This document shows positions 18,601 to 28,842 of a stretch of DNA of 64,000 nucleotides, piece by piece. Numbering within the stretch: position 1 is the stretch's first letter; each line of letters opens with the position of its first letter. Below the pieces are notes generated by a model that was given only the letters and a program-made list of their open reading frames with translations, was not told the origin of the DNA and ran no database searches. Made by a program: the position numbers and the translations under genes. Source of the DNA: Pseudohongiellaceae bacterium (GTDB lineage: Bacteria; Pseudomonadota; Gammaproteobacteria; Pseudomonadales; Pseudohongiellaceae); contig JBGCEK010000005.1 of NCBI GenBank assembly GCA_045106275.1, forward strand, positions 89 to 64,088. The letters run 5' to 3'.

Positions 18601-20802
18601 ATGGCTATCAATCCTGCAAGCTTTCCCGCGAGTCGCCCCGGTAACGCCGCCACCATTATCCAACCTTGCCTTGGCAGCAGGCTCTATGAAGATGACAACG
18701 GCAGTATTCTTATAGGACAACCCCCCGAAGTGCTCAAAGGGTTGCTGCTACACGGTGTAAGTAACTTCGACACATTGGTTCTTCCGGATGTGAAAGAAAA
18801 AGGCGGATCACTGACGAACAGCCTCGAATTTCCACTTTATTTCTTCTTATTTGTCGCTAAAGGCCTCGAACAGAATCGAAAACTGAACATTGTTGGCGAA
18901 AAATCGGATATCAGTCACGCTCTCCGCTTATTACGAATTACTTTGTTTGGCCCTACCCGCCAAGAGCTCAACGGCTGGAACACGGAATCTGCTCTTAAAG
19001 AGGAATGGCTCGCTGCTTGCGCTGAACTTGCCCTCAAAGACAAGTACGGCGACACAATTCCAGTGCAGGATTTTTTCAACCTACACCCATTCGACGATGG
19101 TCGCGCAGTGGTCGGAAAGCAAACAATTCGCCACGTGGGCGAAGATGCCTATGCAATCACGTCCAAAGGCGTTAAAACTCCGGTTGACTTAAATGGAGAT
19201 ACAAGTACCCAACCTCCCTATCAAGTGTCCCCTGATTACGTGCCTGGCGGCCTTGTAAAACTAGGCATAGAAGTCCTCGGTGGCGCTTCCGGGTTCACTC
19301 CTACGGAAGCCTGTACCGGCCTCGCTCTCTGCTACAACGGCGAGTACATGCTGATCGACGCTATCCCTTTCTTAGATCAACATTTGTTCGCCAGAGGCAT
19401 ATCCAAGAACCAAGTCGCTTCGGTGTTTTTAACTCATCTTCACGATGATCACTCCTCACTTTTCCCACTTATGCTCATGCCCCACAAAATAGACCTGATT
19501 ACCACAAGGGAAATATTTTGTATGGCTATGGAAAAAGTGGCTTGCGGTTTAGGGTGGTCAGTAGATGCTGTTGCCGAGCATTTCAACCTCATTGAGGTAT
19601 GCATTGGCAAGCAACTAAACTATTTTGGCCTAACCATCACACCTCATGTTACAGTCCACAGCATACCCACTGTTGGAGCCACTTTTTCTACAGTAAACAA
19701 GGGTGTAGAGCGTGAAATTTGTGTTATAGGTGACAATCATTCCATGGCCGCCGTTCGCGATATGGGAGAGCGAGGGTTAATCCGTAATAGCACTATCCGT
19801 AATTTGGAGAGGCTCTACAGCGACAGCTATTCGCTTCTCGTGGCAGACGGGGGTGCTGGTGCAATTCACGGAGATCCGGCTGACGCCATCCAATCAGCAT
19901 CGGACAGGGTTGTGTTTGTCCATGTTGAAGAGCTTACCAACGAGTTCAACACTACCTTTTCCTTAGCCACCTCCGGCAAGCGCTACACTATTCTTGAGGG
20001 TGATTCTGCAATTTATACCTCTCAAATAAACCATTACTTAACTGAGTGGCTCGGCCGACCCTTTCCGAATCGATGGATGCGCAGCTTATTAGCGGATGAA
20101 GAGATTCGGCGTTACAACGCAGACGATGTATTACTTGTACAAAATGCGACAACGCGAGGTTATGTTTATCTCATTTTAACCGGTTACTGTGATGTGGTGC
20201 GCCATGACGGAGAACAGTTGCACAAAGAAGCAGAACTTCAAGCGGGCGATATCCTCGGTGAAATGGCAGTTATCACTGGCAAGGGGACGCGAAACGCCAG
20301 CGTAGTGGCTCGGACACCAGTGACTCTGTGCGTTTTTTCGGAAGAAACGTTTAAATCCTTTATAGTGGCCGAGGATTTTCAAGACAAACTTCTTAAGCAG
20401 TGGTCTCTGCGACCTGCAATCTCCCAGCAGCCACAATTGAAAGATATGAACTCGACAGTTGTCGAAAAACTCAGCCGCATTGCAGAAACTGAGACATTAC
20501 CCGCCGGCGGAAGTTTAGACCTAGATGCGAACCAATGGTGTCTGTTAAGCGAAGGCAATGCTGAGCTAGATGGAACTCCTATGACGCAAGACGATGACTA
20601 CGCAGCCAGACCATTTGCGGCAGAAAAAGTAGGGCTAGTTACAACCAAGCTAGGTTGTACACTATTACTATTCGACCAAAGCGCCCTTCACAACCTTCGT
20701 CTGGAATGCCCTCAACTGAACTATTACTTACGTAAGCTGCGAATCGAAGATTGGAGGCAGCAATTTGATTGGAAATTAGGGGTGGTCAATAGCCACGATT
20801 AA
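18601..20802 (+). CDS. MBL-fold metallo-hydrolase fused to a C-terminal cyclic-nucleotide-binding domain
   Basis: HxHxDH motif (FLTHLHDDHSSLF) in the middle. The cNMP-binding beta-barrel signature GDILGEMAVITGKGTRNASVVART lies near residue 560. The N-terminal ~230 aa are unassigned. Confidence 0.8.
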   Translation: MAINPASFPASRPGNAATIIQPCLGSRLYEDDNGSILIGQPPEVLKGLLLHGVSNFDTLVLPDVKEKGGSLTNSLEFPLYFFLFVAKGLEQNRKLNIVGEKSDISHALRLLRITLFGPTRQELNGWNTESALKEEWLAACAELALKDKYGDTIPVQDFFNLHPFDDGRAVVGKQTIRHVGEDAYAITSKGVKTPVDLNGDTSTQPPYQVSPDYVPGGLVKLGIEVLGGASGFTPTEACTGLALCYNGEYMLIDAIPFLDQHLFARGISKNQVASVFLTHLHDDHSSLFPLMLMPHKIDLITTREIFCMAMEKVACGLGWSVDAVAEHFNLIEVCIGKQLNYFGLTITPHVTVHSIPTVGATFSTVNKGVEREICVIGDNHSMAAVRDMGERGLIRNSTIRNLERLYSDSYSLLVADGGAGAIHGDPADAIQSASDRVVFVHVEELTNEFNTTFSLATSGKRYTILEGDSAIYTSQINHYLTEWLGRPFPNRWMRSLLADEEIRRYNADDVLLVQNATTRGYVYLILTGYCDVVRHDGEQLHKEAELQAGDILGEMAVITGKGTRNASVVARTPVTLCVFSEETFKSFIVAEDFQDKLLKQWSLRPAISQQPQLKDMNSTVVEKLSRIAETETLPAGGSLDLDANQWCLLSEGNAELDGTPMTQDDDYAARPFAAEKVGLVTTKLGCTLLLFDQSALHNLRLECPQLNYYLRKLRIEDWRQQFDWKLGVVNSHD

Positions 20803-20883
20803 GCTTCCCAGTTCAGCCCACCGTAGACCCGTCGAGTGCAACACGCGCCGTCTTTAACCTAATTCTTACAGTAGTTTCATTTC

Positions 20884-21702
20884 ATGAGTGTAGTAACGGC
20901 AACGATCGCAAACCAGCAAATTCTAGCGCTTAACGATGCGCAGGCATCAGAAAACCGCATCCATAGCGATGATATTGCGGAAAAATACGGGTTTGAAGGA
21001 GCCTTGGTTAGTGGCGTTAATGTGTTTGGCTACCTAACCCAGCCGCTGGTTAAAACTTACGGGGAAGAGATTTTAAGCAGAGGCATGCTAGACGTTTTGT
21101 TTATGAAACCCGCCTACCAAGACGATTTATTGACCCTCACCACAGAACAGCTTAAATCTGAGTCCAGCAAGCGAAATTGTGTGACGTCGGCAAGCAATGA
21201 AAAGGGTCGAATCCTTGCCAAGCTCGAATCATGGCTGCCGCTGGAGTTGCCTTCGGTCAATTCATTGGCGCATATGACGTGCTTAGAGCGAGAAATAGAA
21301 AGGCCTGAAATAAGCTGGGATAGGATTACTCTGAACGAGCCAGCACCTGCATTTCTTTGGCAGCCTACGATTGAAGAAAACCAAGAGCATATTAAAGTAC
21401 AGAGAGACCGGTCAGCGCTTTATCAGGGTGACAATGGGTTCATTCACCCCTATCTTTTTTTGGATGCCTGTAATCAAGCACTCATGCGCCTGTTTGTTTT
21501 GCCTGCCTGGATTCACACCGGTAGCAAAATCTGCTTGCGCAACCCCCTTAAAATTGGACAGTCAATTGACATGCGAACTATGCCTATCCATAAGTGGGAG
21601 CACAAAGGCCATCAATTCATAAAGCTATACATAGCGATGTGGGCCGAAGGGTCTGTGGCGGCAGAAATTGAACACACCGCAATATTTAAGATAGCGACTT
21701 AA
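20884..21702 (+). CDS. hot-dog fold protein, MaoC dehydratase-like
   Basis: N-terminal ENRIHSDDIAEKYGFEGALVSGV resembles the MaoC-like N.IH.D...A...GF motif. The rest is unassigned. Confidence 0.5.
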   Translation: MSVVTATIANQQILALNDAQASENRIHSDDIAEKYGFEGALVSGVNVFGYLTQPLVKTYGEEILSRGMLDVLFMKPAYQDDLLTLTTEQLKSESSKRNCVTSASNEKGRILAKLESWLPLELPSVNSLAHMTCLEREIERPEISWDRITLNEPAPAFLWQPTIEENQEHIKVQRDRSALYQGDNGFIHPYLFLDACNQALMRLFVLPAWIHTGSKICLRNPLKIGQSIDMRTMPIHKWEHKGHQFIKLYIAMWAEGSVAAEIEHTAIFKIAT

Positions 21703-21826
21703 ACCGGAGCTTATTCTCTACATAACTGGTCGTTAGTTTTCGCCCTTTCTCAATAAATGTTAGTCTCAAGTAAAACTGTCCTTGCAACCCATTGTTTTCT
21801 TTCACAGTTAATCTTGAGCCTACATT

Positions 21827-23185
21827 ATGACCGTCACCACACATGAATTTCTTAAAAAACTAGGCTGTATTTTTAGCCTGGCCCTACTCTGCACAGCGTC
21901 TAGTTTAGCTGCCGACCTCTCGACTAAAATTCTCCCCTTGCGGGAACAGGCGGAACTGACAAATTCCATCTTGACCAAACGCCTGGACCAAGTGGTTCCT
22001 CAAGTTATGCGCAGAGCAGGTGTTGATGCCTGGGTGATTATCGCTCGAGAATACAATGAGGACCCGGTTCTCAAAACAATGCTACCCGCAACCTGGCTCA
22101 ATGCTCGTAGACGCACCGTGCTTATGTTTATTGATCATGGCCCCGAAACAGGAGTCGAGCGAATGGCAGTCGCCCGCTATGCCGTAGGCGACCTTTTCCC
22201 CGGCGTTTGGAACCCTGAGGAACAACCAGACCAATATGAGCGAATCGCTCAAATTTTGAGTGACTTTGACCCTCAGCGAATTGCGCTAAATTACTCAGAC
22301 ACCTACGCATTAGCCGATGGTTTGACCTTCTCCGAGCAGCGAGATTTTAGTCAGGCCTTACCCCAAGCATTGCAGGAAAGGATAGTCTCAGCTGAGAAAG
22401 TCGCTGTAGGCTGGCTAGAAACCCGAATTCCCGAGGAAATTCACGCCTATAGGGATGTCATGGAAATTGCTCACTCAATAATCTCAGAAGGCTTTTCTAG
22501 CGAAGTTGTTAGCGCGGGTGAAACTTCTACCACAGACCTAGAATGGTGGTTTAGGCAACGGGTCTCTGATTTAGGCTTAGGGACTTGGTTCCACCCCAGT
22601 ATCGAAGTAGAGAGATCCGATCTATCTATCGCAGAAATCACCGCAAAGGGTTTAGACCCGGCAATCCTTCAAAAAGGCGATCATGTCCATATTGATTTCG
22701 GCATCAGCTACTTGAATCTACAAACAGACACCCAGCAAAATGCTTACATTTTAAGAGACGGTGAAATCGATGTACCAGCAGCTCTTAAAACTGCATTGAA
22801 AGCAGGCAATGAGTTACAGGATATCCTAACGAACAATTTTCAAGTTGGACGCACTGGCAACGACATCCTGCGGCGTACTAGAGAGGAATCGCTCACCCGA
22901 AGCATTGGCCCGATTATTTACACTCACCCCATCGGATTGCACGGCCATGCCGCCGGAACCACTATTGGCATGTGGGACAAGCAAGATGGCGTACCTGGCA
23001 CCGGTGACTATCCTATGCATGCCAATACTGCCTATTCAATTGAGCTGACAGCCTTAGTCGATGTCCCTGAATGGAGCCAACAACCAATGCGGATGAAACT
23101 AGAAGAAGACGGTTTTTATGATGGCGAAGGTTTCGAATATATCCAACCCCGCCAAACCGAATACCATATTATAGTTCCAAAATAG
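21827..23185 (+). CDS. secreted M24 family metallopeptidase (Xaa-Pro aminopeptidase-like)
   Basis: Signal peptide (LALLCTASSLAAD). Pita-bread metal ligand regions are present: GDHVHIDFG, HPIGLHGH, YSIELTA, LEEDG. Confidence 0.75.
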   Translation: MTVTTHEFLKKLGCIFSLALLCTASSLAADLSTKILPLREQAELTNSILTKRLDQVVPQVMRRAGVDAWVIIAREYNEDPVLKTMLPATWLNARRRTVLMFIDHGPETGVERMAVARYAVGDLFPGVWNPEEQPDQYERIAQILSDFDPQRIALNYSDTYALADGLTFSEQRDFSQALPQALQERIVSAEKVAVGWLETRIPEEIHAYRDVMEIAHSIISEGFSSEVVSAGETSTTDLEWWFRQRVSDLGLGTWFHPSIEVERSDLSIAEITAKGLDPAILQKGDHVHIDFGISYLNLQTDTQQNAYILRDGEIDVPAALKTALKAGNELQDILTNNFQVGRTGNDILRRTREESLTRSIGPIIYTHPIGLHGHAAGTTIGMWDKQDGVPGTGDYPMHANTAYSIELTALVDVPEWSQQPMRMKLEEDGFYDGEGFEYIQPRQTEYHIIVPK

Positions 23186-23215
23186 AGCAACCTCGCTCCC
23201 AGCTAGGATTAGAAA

Positions 23216-23779
23216 ATGCCATTGGATATTACGTTTACTCTCAGCGATCGAGACCTCGAACGCTTTAAAACTATTGTTAAACGAGTGCGCACGGAGTTGA
23301 ATTCGCCTCAAACTCAGGCAGATATCGAGCAAGCGGCTTATAGAATCGTAGATGTCGCAGTTAAAACAGATCTTCCTGATTTTATAGCCCATAGACTACT
23401 GCAGTTAAAATCTCTGCTAGACATGCTTAATGACTCAGAATGGGGCCCGAGTGACGCCGAACGAGAATCTATTCTTAAAGCCATGGCCTATTTTAATGAT
23501 CCGGTAGATCTAATTCCCGACCACATTCCTGGAATCGGCTTCTTAGACGATGCGATTTATATTGAGATCATAGTTCGGGAGCTTCAAGTCGAGTTGCAAG
23601 CCTACCAAGAGTTCTGTGAATACCGGCGCTTAAAAGAGGAGGAGTTATCCGCAGACGGGCTCGACCTCAAACACAACAGGTCGGAATGGATTGCGGCGAT
23701 AAGAGATAAACTACGTGGGGACATTGCCCGAGCCCGCGAAAATGCAGCGGAAGATGATTTTGTTTTCAAGATATTATAA
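23216..23779 (+). CDS. DUF1232 (YkvA-like) domain protein, paralog of 35004-35570
   Basis: DLIPDHIPGIGFLDDAIYIEIIV is the DUF1232 core. It is collinear with the 188-aa protein at 35004 (DVIPDHIPVIGFLDDAMYAEIVF) over the whole length. Confidence 0.7.
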   Translation: MPLDITFTLSDRDLERFKTIVKRVRTELNSPQTQADIEQAAYRIVDVAVKTDLPDFIAHRLLQLKSLLDMLNDSEWGPSDAERESILKAMAYFNDPVDLIPDHIPGIGFLDDAIYIEIIVRELQVELQAYQEFCEYRRLKEEELSADGLDLKHNRSEWIAAIRDKLRGDIARARENAAEDDFVFKIL

Positions 23780-23821
23780 TCCTAAGATTGCCATCGCTGC
23801 CCATAGGCTAACCACAATCAA

Positions 23822-25069
23822 ATGGAGTCGCGGATGACTTTCAGGCCCTACAATGCAAAATTAGACAAGGCAGCGAGCCGGCGAATTTGGCGCGAAATAG
23901 GCTGGATCGACTATGACGATAAGGATGATGAAAAATACCTGCACACTTTTCTTGCCTCATCTGATGTCATGGTTGCAGAAATCGATGGCCACGCGGAATG
24001 CTTAGTGGCTGCGGAAAACGGGTCAATTCGTCATTTAGAGAAAGATTTGCCACTAAATATTATTGCTGCGGTAACAACCAGTCACATCGCCCGTAAACAA
24101 GGTTTTGCCTCTCATTTAACAGCCCAGTTAATCGCGGCCGCCGCCGAAAAAGGTGCCGCCGTATCTGCGCTCGGTATGTTTGAGCAAGGCTTCTATAGTC
24201 GCTTAGGATTTGGCACTGGCCCCTATGAGCATACCGTGTCATTTGAGCCTGCAAGAATCAAAAGCCGGGTGCGAGCTAGGGTTCCGTTGAGAATCGGCAT
24301 CAAAGATTACAAAGATTGCCACAATGCGTTGATGAATCGATGGCGAGGGCATGGATCAGTTCAGGTTTTTCCCGCAAAAAGTTTCAAAGCCGAAATGGGA
24401 TGGACCGAGCAAGGGTTTGGACTTGGCTACCGTGACAGCAACGGTTGCCTTAGTCATTTCTTTTGGGGCTCAACAAAAGGCGAGCACGGCCCCTACAAAA
24501 TAACGGCCATAGCTTATCAAAACCGAGATCAACTTTTAGAACTCATGGCACTGATTAAAGGACTTGGTGATCAAGTCTATACAGTTGAAATGAATGAACC
24601 GGCCTTCGTCCAATTACAAGATATGATTGCTAGCCCTTTTCGAGGACAAGCGCGCAGTGAAAATTCTGAGCATGAGGAATACAACAGTGCCGAAGCCTAC
24701 TGGCAGATTAGAATCAATGATGTGTTGGAATGCATTGCCCAGACCTGTCTAGCCAACCGTTCCACACTATCGTTTAACCTTACTTTAACCGACCCCATCG
24801 ACCAGTACCTGGACAAATCCCAAGCTTGGCAAGGGGTAGCTGGACAATACACTGTTCACTTGGGTCCAAACAGCGAAGCAAAACGGGGAGTCCAACAAGG
24901 ACTACCGACTCTAACAGCCTCAGTTGGAGCCTTCTCTCGGTTATGGCTGGGCGCCGCCAGCGCCAATTCCATTGCTACGGCTGACGAGTTAACCGCAAGC
25001 CAACAGCTTCTAGATCAACTTGATGTTACTCTCGCTCTGCCCCTTCCCAAAGTCGGGTGGGACTTTTAG
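23822..25069 (+). CDS. GNAT N-acetyltransferase of the Eis-like type (GNAT + SCP2-like C-terminus)
   Basis: Acetyl-CoA binding segment TTSHIARKQGFASHLTAQLI. The size (~410 aa) and three-domain layout are typical of Eis-like enzymes. The start could be the internal Met at residue 5. Confidence 0.65.
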   Translation: MESRMTFRPYNAKLDKAASRRIWREIGWIDYDDKDDEKYLHTFLASSDVMVAEIDGHAECLVAAENGSIRHLEKDLPLNIIAAVTTSHIARKQGFASHLTAQLIAAAAEKGAAVSALGMFEQGFYSRLGFGTGPYEHTVSFEPARIKSRVRARVPLRIGIKDYKDCHNALMNRWRGHGSVQVFPAKSFKAEMGWTEQGFGLGYRDSNGCLSHFFWGSTKGEHGPYKITAIAYQNRDQLLELMALIKGLGDQVYTVEMNEPAFVQLQDMIASPFRGQARSENSEHEEYNSAEAYWQIRINDVLECIAQTCLANRSTLSFNLTLTDPIDQYLDKSQAWQGVAGQYTVHLGPNSEAKRGVQQGLPTLTASVGAFSRLWLGAASANSIATADELTASQQLLDQLDVTLALPLPKVGWDF

Positions 25070-25301
25070 ACGAACCCCTAACTCAAACCTAGGCTAGCCC
25101 AAAATCCCAACCTCCGAATGAGCCAACTTACCAGCCTAGGAATCCTGTTTATTACTTTGCCTCCAGCGTATAATTTAGTCCGTCTAACAAACACGTCACC
25201 TACTGGCACAAATAAGGTTTTTACACCTCTCTTTATAGCTATTACACTGCTGTCTTGGCTGGTATAAAACCAATAAATAGCGCTCACTAAGAGGTAAAAC
25301 T

Positions 25302-27740
25302 TTGGGACAGCCCCAGCACATAGAAAGTAGACTGACTAAATCCAAAGCGCTCGCTCTGGCAGTTCGCCAGGATACTTCAGCGCTCGTCGCCCAAGCTGCC
25401 CAGCTGCGCGATGGCTTCCACTCGAACACTATCAGCTACTCTCGAAAAGTCTTTATCCCTCTGACCCATCTTTGCCGTGATGTTTGTCACTATTGCACCT
25501 TTGCTAAGACCCCTAAGCGCATTGATAATCCTTATCTCAGCGTAGAGAAAGTGTTAGATCTTTGCCATGAAGGTGCCAAGATGGGCTGCCAAGAAGCACT
25601 GTTCACTCTGGGTGAAAAACCGGAACTGCGCTACAGAGCAGCCCGCGAAGCCCTCCAGGAATTAGGCTTTGAAACGACCATTGACTATGTTTACGCCGTT
25701 GCCAAACGCGTATTGGAGGAAACGGGCCTGCTACCTCATATCAACGCGGGCAATATGACCGCAGCTGAGCTGGAAAAAATGCGCACAGTGAGCGCATCGA
25801 TGGGTATTATGCTGGAATCCACTTCCACCAGACTCACCGAAAAAGGTATGCCTCATTACGGTTCTCCTGACAAAGACCCCGTAGTTCGGCTAGAGACACT
25901 GCGCCTTGCTGGTCAGGCTAAAATCCCCTTCACAACCGGCATTCTTATTGGAATAGGAGAAACCCGGCGAGAGCGGATAGAATCCTTACTCGCCATCAGG
26001 GAAATTCACGAAGAATATGGTCATATTCAGGAAATCATTGTTCAAAATTTTCGTGCTAAGCCTGAAACTAAAATGGCGCAAGCTCCCGAACCTGATCTGG
26101 AAGACCTATTATGGACAATTGCTGTTGCTAGATTAATTTTCGGCCCTGAAATGAATATTCAGGCACCGCCCAATTTAAGCCCCGGCGTCCTCCCAAAGCT
26201 GGTTGCAGCAGGGATAAATGATTGGGGGGGTGTATCTCCTTTGACACCAGATCATGTTAATCCAGAGGCGCCTTGGCCACACTTAGATAAATTGGCAGCA
26301 GAGACTTCCGCTGCCGGCAAGTTCCTTGAGCAACGCTTAACGGTTTACCCCAGTTATCTCAAAGAGAGCGAGCAGTGGATTTCTCCGGAGGCCCGACCCT
26401 CAGTGCTGCGCCTTGCTGATGCTAGCGGCTTCGCAAAGCGAGACAATTGGCAAACAGGAGAATCGAGTGAAACTCCCCTTCTTGAATCTGCCCTGCTCGC
26501 CAAGCCCATTATCGCTGAATCGGTCAGCCCTGAGGTAAAACAGTTTGTTAGCAAGTGCATTGAGAAACAAGAATTAACACAAGCGGAGGTCGCTCGGTTG
26601 TTTGAGGCTCGTGGCCCAGATTTCAGCTATGTGGTTCAACAGGCAAACCTGCTCCGCAAAAAATTGAATGGCGACACTGTTACCTACGTGGTCAATCGGA
26701 ACATTAACTACACCAACGTTTGCTACTTCAAATGCCAGTTTTGTGCTTTCTCAAAGGGCAAAGCCAGCGAGAACCTTCGTGGCAAACCCTATGATATTGA
26801 TGCTGAGGAAATAGCGAGACGCTGCCTAGAAGCATGGCAAAGAGGCGCCACCGAAGTTTGTCTACAAGGGGGAATCCACCCTGACTACACGGGACAGACC
26901 TATCTGGATATAGTGGCGACAGTTCGAGCAGCGACACCCGCCATGCATATCCATGCCTTCTCGCCTTTAGAAGTTTGGCAAGGGGCTAAGACTCTGGATA
27001 TCAGCCTCGAGCAATTTTTAGTCAAACTCAAGGATGCAGGCCTCAACACCCTGCCCGGCACCGCGGCAGAAGTGTTACACGATGATGTCAGGGAACAGAT
27101 TTGCGCTGACAAATTAAATTCGCGGCAATGGCTTCAAGTGATGGAAACCGCCCATCGAGTGGGTTTCAAGACCACAGCCACTGTAATGTACGGCCATGTT
27201 GAAACCAACGAACACCTTGCTGCACATCTTTTAAAGCTGCGGTGCTTGCAGCAGCGGACCCATGGTTTTACTGAGTTCGTGCCGTTGCCTTACGTGCCCA
27301 TGGAAGCACCAATGTACCTGAAGGGTAAGTCTCGCAAGGGGCCGAGCTTTCGCGAGGCTGTATTAATGCATGCAGTTGCCCGGTTGGTGTTTAACGATCT
27401 CATACCAAACATACAAACATCATGGGTTAAAATGGGCCGCGACGGAGTCCAAGCGTGCCTTAACGCTGGAGCTAACGATTTAGGAGGCACCCTGATGAAC
27501 GAAAGCATTACAAGAGCAGCAGGTGCCGACCACGGCCAAGAGTGGACCCCAGATCGGCTCAAGAAACTCATCGTGGAAAGCAACAGAAACCCGCGCGTAC
27601 GTAGCACTCTTTACGGGGAGGTTGACGCGAACCGTATCGCCGCCGCCGAAAATGCACACGAGTTAAGTGACTTAAAGAATACTGCCGCGCAAAAACTGCA
27701 GCGCAGCAAAAAAATGGAAAACCTCGCTCTGCAAGTTTAA
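25302..27740 (+). CDS. fbiC: bifunctional FO synthase (7,8-didemethyl-8-hydroxy-5-deazariboflavin synthase, CofG+CofH fusion)
   Basis: Two radical-SAM clusters, one per half: CRDVCHYCTF (CofG half) and CYFKCQFCAF (CofH half). The length (812 aa) is typical of FbiC. The TTG start given by the track is uncertain. Confidence 0.9.
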   Translation: MGQPQHIESRLTKSKALALAVRQDTSALVAQAAQLRDGFHSNTISYSRKVFIPLTHLCRDVCHYCTFAKTPKRIDNPYLSVEKVLDLCHEGAKMGCQEALFTLGEKPELRYRAAREALQELGFETTIDYVYAVAKRVLEETGLLPHINAGNMTAAELEKMRTVSASMGIMLESTSTRLTEKGMPHYGSPDKDPVVRLETLRLAGQAKIPFTTGILIGIGETRRERIESLLAIREIHEEYGHIQEIIVQNFRAKPETKMAQAPEPDLEDLLWTIAVARLIFGPEMNIQAPPNLSPGVLPKLVAAGINDWGGVSPLTPDHVNPEAPWPHLDKLAAETSAAGKFLEQRLTVYPSYLKESEQWISPEARPSVLRLADASGFAKRDNWQTGESSETPLLESALLAKPIIAESVSPEVKQFVSKCIEKQELTQAEVARLFEARGPDFSYVVQQANLLRKKLNGDTVTYVVNRNINYTNVCYFKCQFCAFSKGKASENLRGKPYDIDAEEIARRCLEAWQRGATEVCLQGGIHPDYTGQTYLDIVATVRAATPAMHIHAFSPLEVWQGAKTLDISLEQFLVKLKDAGLNTLPGTAAEVLHDDVREQICADKLNSRQWLQVMETAHRVGFKTTATVMYGHVETNEHLAAHLLKLRCLQQRTHGFTEFVPLPYVPMEAPMYLKGKSRKGPSFREAVLMHAVARLVFNDLIPNIQTSWVKMGRDGVQACLNAGANDLGGTLMNESITRAAGADHGQEWTPDRLKKLIVESNRNPRVRSTLYGEVDANRIAAAENAHELSDLKNTAAQKLQRSKKMENLALQV

Positions 27741-27949
27741 CCTCGCCGCCAAACCTAGATTGATACTAGAGATGAACTCTTCTAGTTAAAGGGTTTGCTT
27801 GTGCCGCGATTTAATTGCAGCTTTTGCTGAGCTCTACGCCGACGGTTGAGAGAAGCCCAGCGATCCCTGAGCTAACAAGGCATCCAGTGGCTGCATTTGA
27901 GCGTACTTAGGCGAAACGAACACTAACCATCACAGGAAAATAGATCGTT

Positions 27950-28840
27950 ATGAAAATTGCAATAACCGGCGCTAATAGCAGCGTAGGGAAAAATCTTTTA
28001 GCCCAGTTAGCCTCGCTTCCCGATACAAATATCATCGCCGGCGTGCGCTCGCCCTCTGCATTTGAGTCATTACCAAAAGCAGAATCGATTACCCCAGCGG
28101 TTATTTCTTATGATGATGCAGGCAAGTTAGCCAGGGTACTTGATGGCGCGGACTGCGTTATCCATCTAGCAGGCATCCTGATTGAGTCTAAACATTCTAA
28201 TTATGCGAGTGCGAATGTAGCAGCAACAGAAACTGTCATTGCTGCAGCCAAACTTAGCGGCGCTAAGCATCTTATTTTTATCAGTGTGGTAGGCGCCTCC
28301 GCGAACTCCAATAACGCCTACTTTCGATCAAAGGGAGCCGCTGAGGACTTAGTCAGCAATTCAGGTCTGGCTTCAAGCATCATTAGAACGCCGATTTTAT
28401 TAGGCATAGGCTCAGCTGGCAGCACTAGTCTTAAGTTTGCTGCCTCCAAAGAGAAGACGAAAGTACTTGGTGGCGGCCATTATGTGATGCGACCGTTGGA
28501 TGTGGACGACCTCAACAATGCGTTAACAGCGCTCGCAACCAACCCGGCAACCGGCTCTTCCACTTACGAGTTAGTAGGGCCAGAACCCATTGCCTACCGT
28601 GATTTGATAAAACTAGCCGCTGAAACTATGGGAAAAAGCGTAGAAGTTGGCAGCGCACCCGTGTGGCTAGCCAAAGCGGGGTCCGCTATCACCAGCATAA
28701 TTAAAGGTGGAGGCATGACACCAACCGTAATTGATGTGATAACCATGAATGAAAACGTTGCCAAGAATTCCGATAGCGACTTAGGTATAACCCTCACCCC
28801 GCTTCGCGAAACGTTAAGTAAAATACTCAAAGAGAAATAA
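27950..28840 (+). CDS. NAD(P)H-binding protein (atypical SDR/NmrA-like, NDUFA9-like)
   Basis: Rossmann N-terminus MKIAITGANSSVGKNLL. No classical YxxxK region was seen. Confidence 0.7.
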   Translation: MKIAITGANSSVGKNLLAQLASLPDTNIIAGVRSPSAFESLPKAESITPAVISYDDAGKLARVLDGADCVIHLAGILIESKHSNYASANVAATETVIAAAKLSGAKHLIFISVVGASANSNNAYFRSKGAAEDLVSNSGLASSIIRTPILLGIGSAGSTSLKFAASKEKTKVLGGGHYVMRPLDVDDLNNALTALATNPATGSSTYELVGPEPIAYRDLIKLAAETMGKSVEVGSAPVWLAKAGSAITSIIKGGGMTPTVIDVITMNENVAKNSDSDLGITLTPLRETLSKILKEK

Positions 28841-28842
28841 TA

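Noticed and set aside
25078-25429. Minus-strand ORFs 25078-25287 and 25196-25429 upstream of and overlapping fbiC
   Set aside because: They overlap each other and the fbiC 5' end, and have no motifs. They are probably non-coding upstream region.
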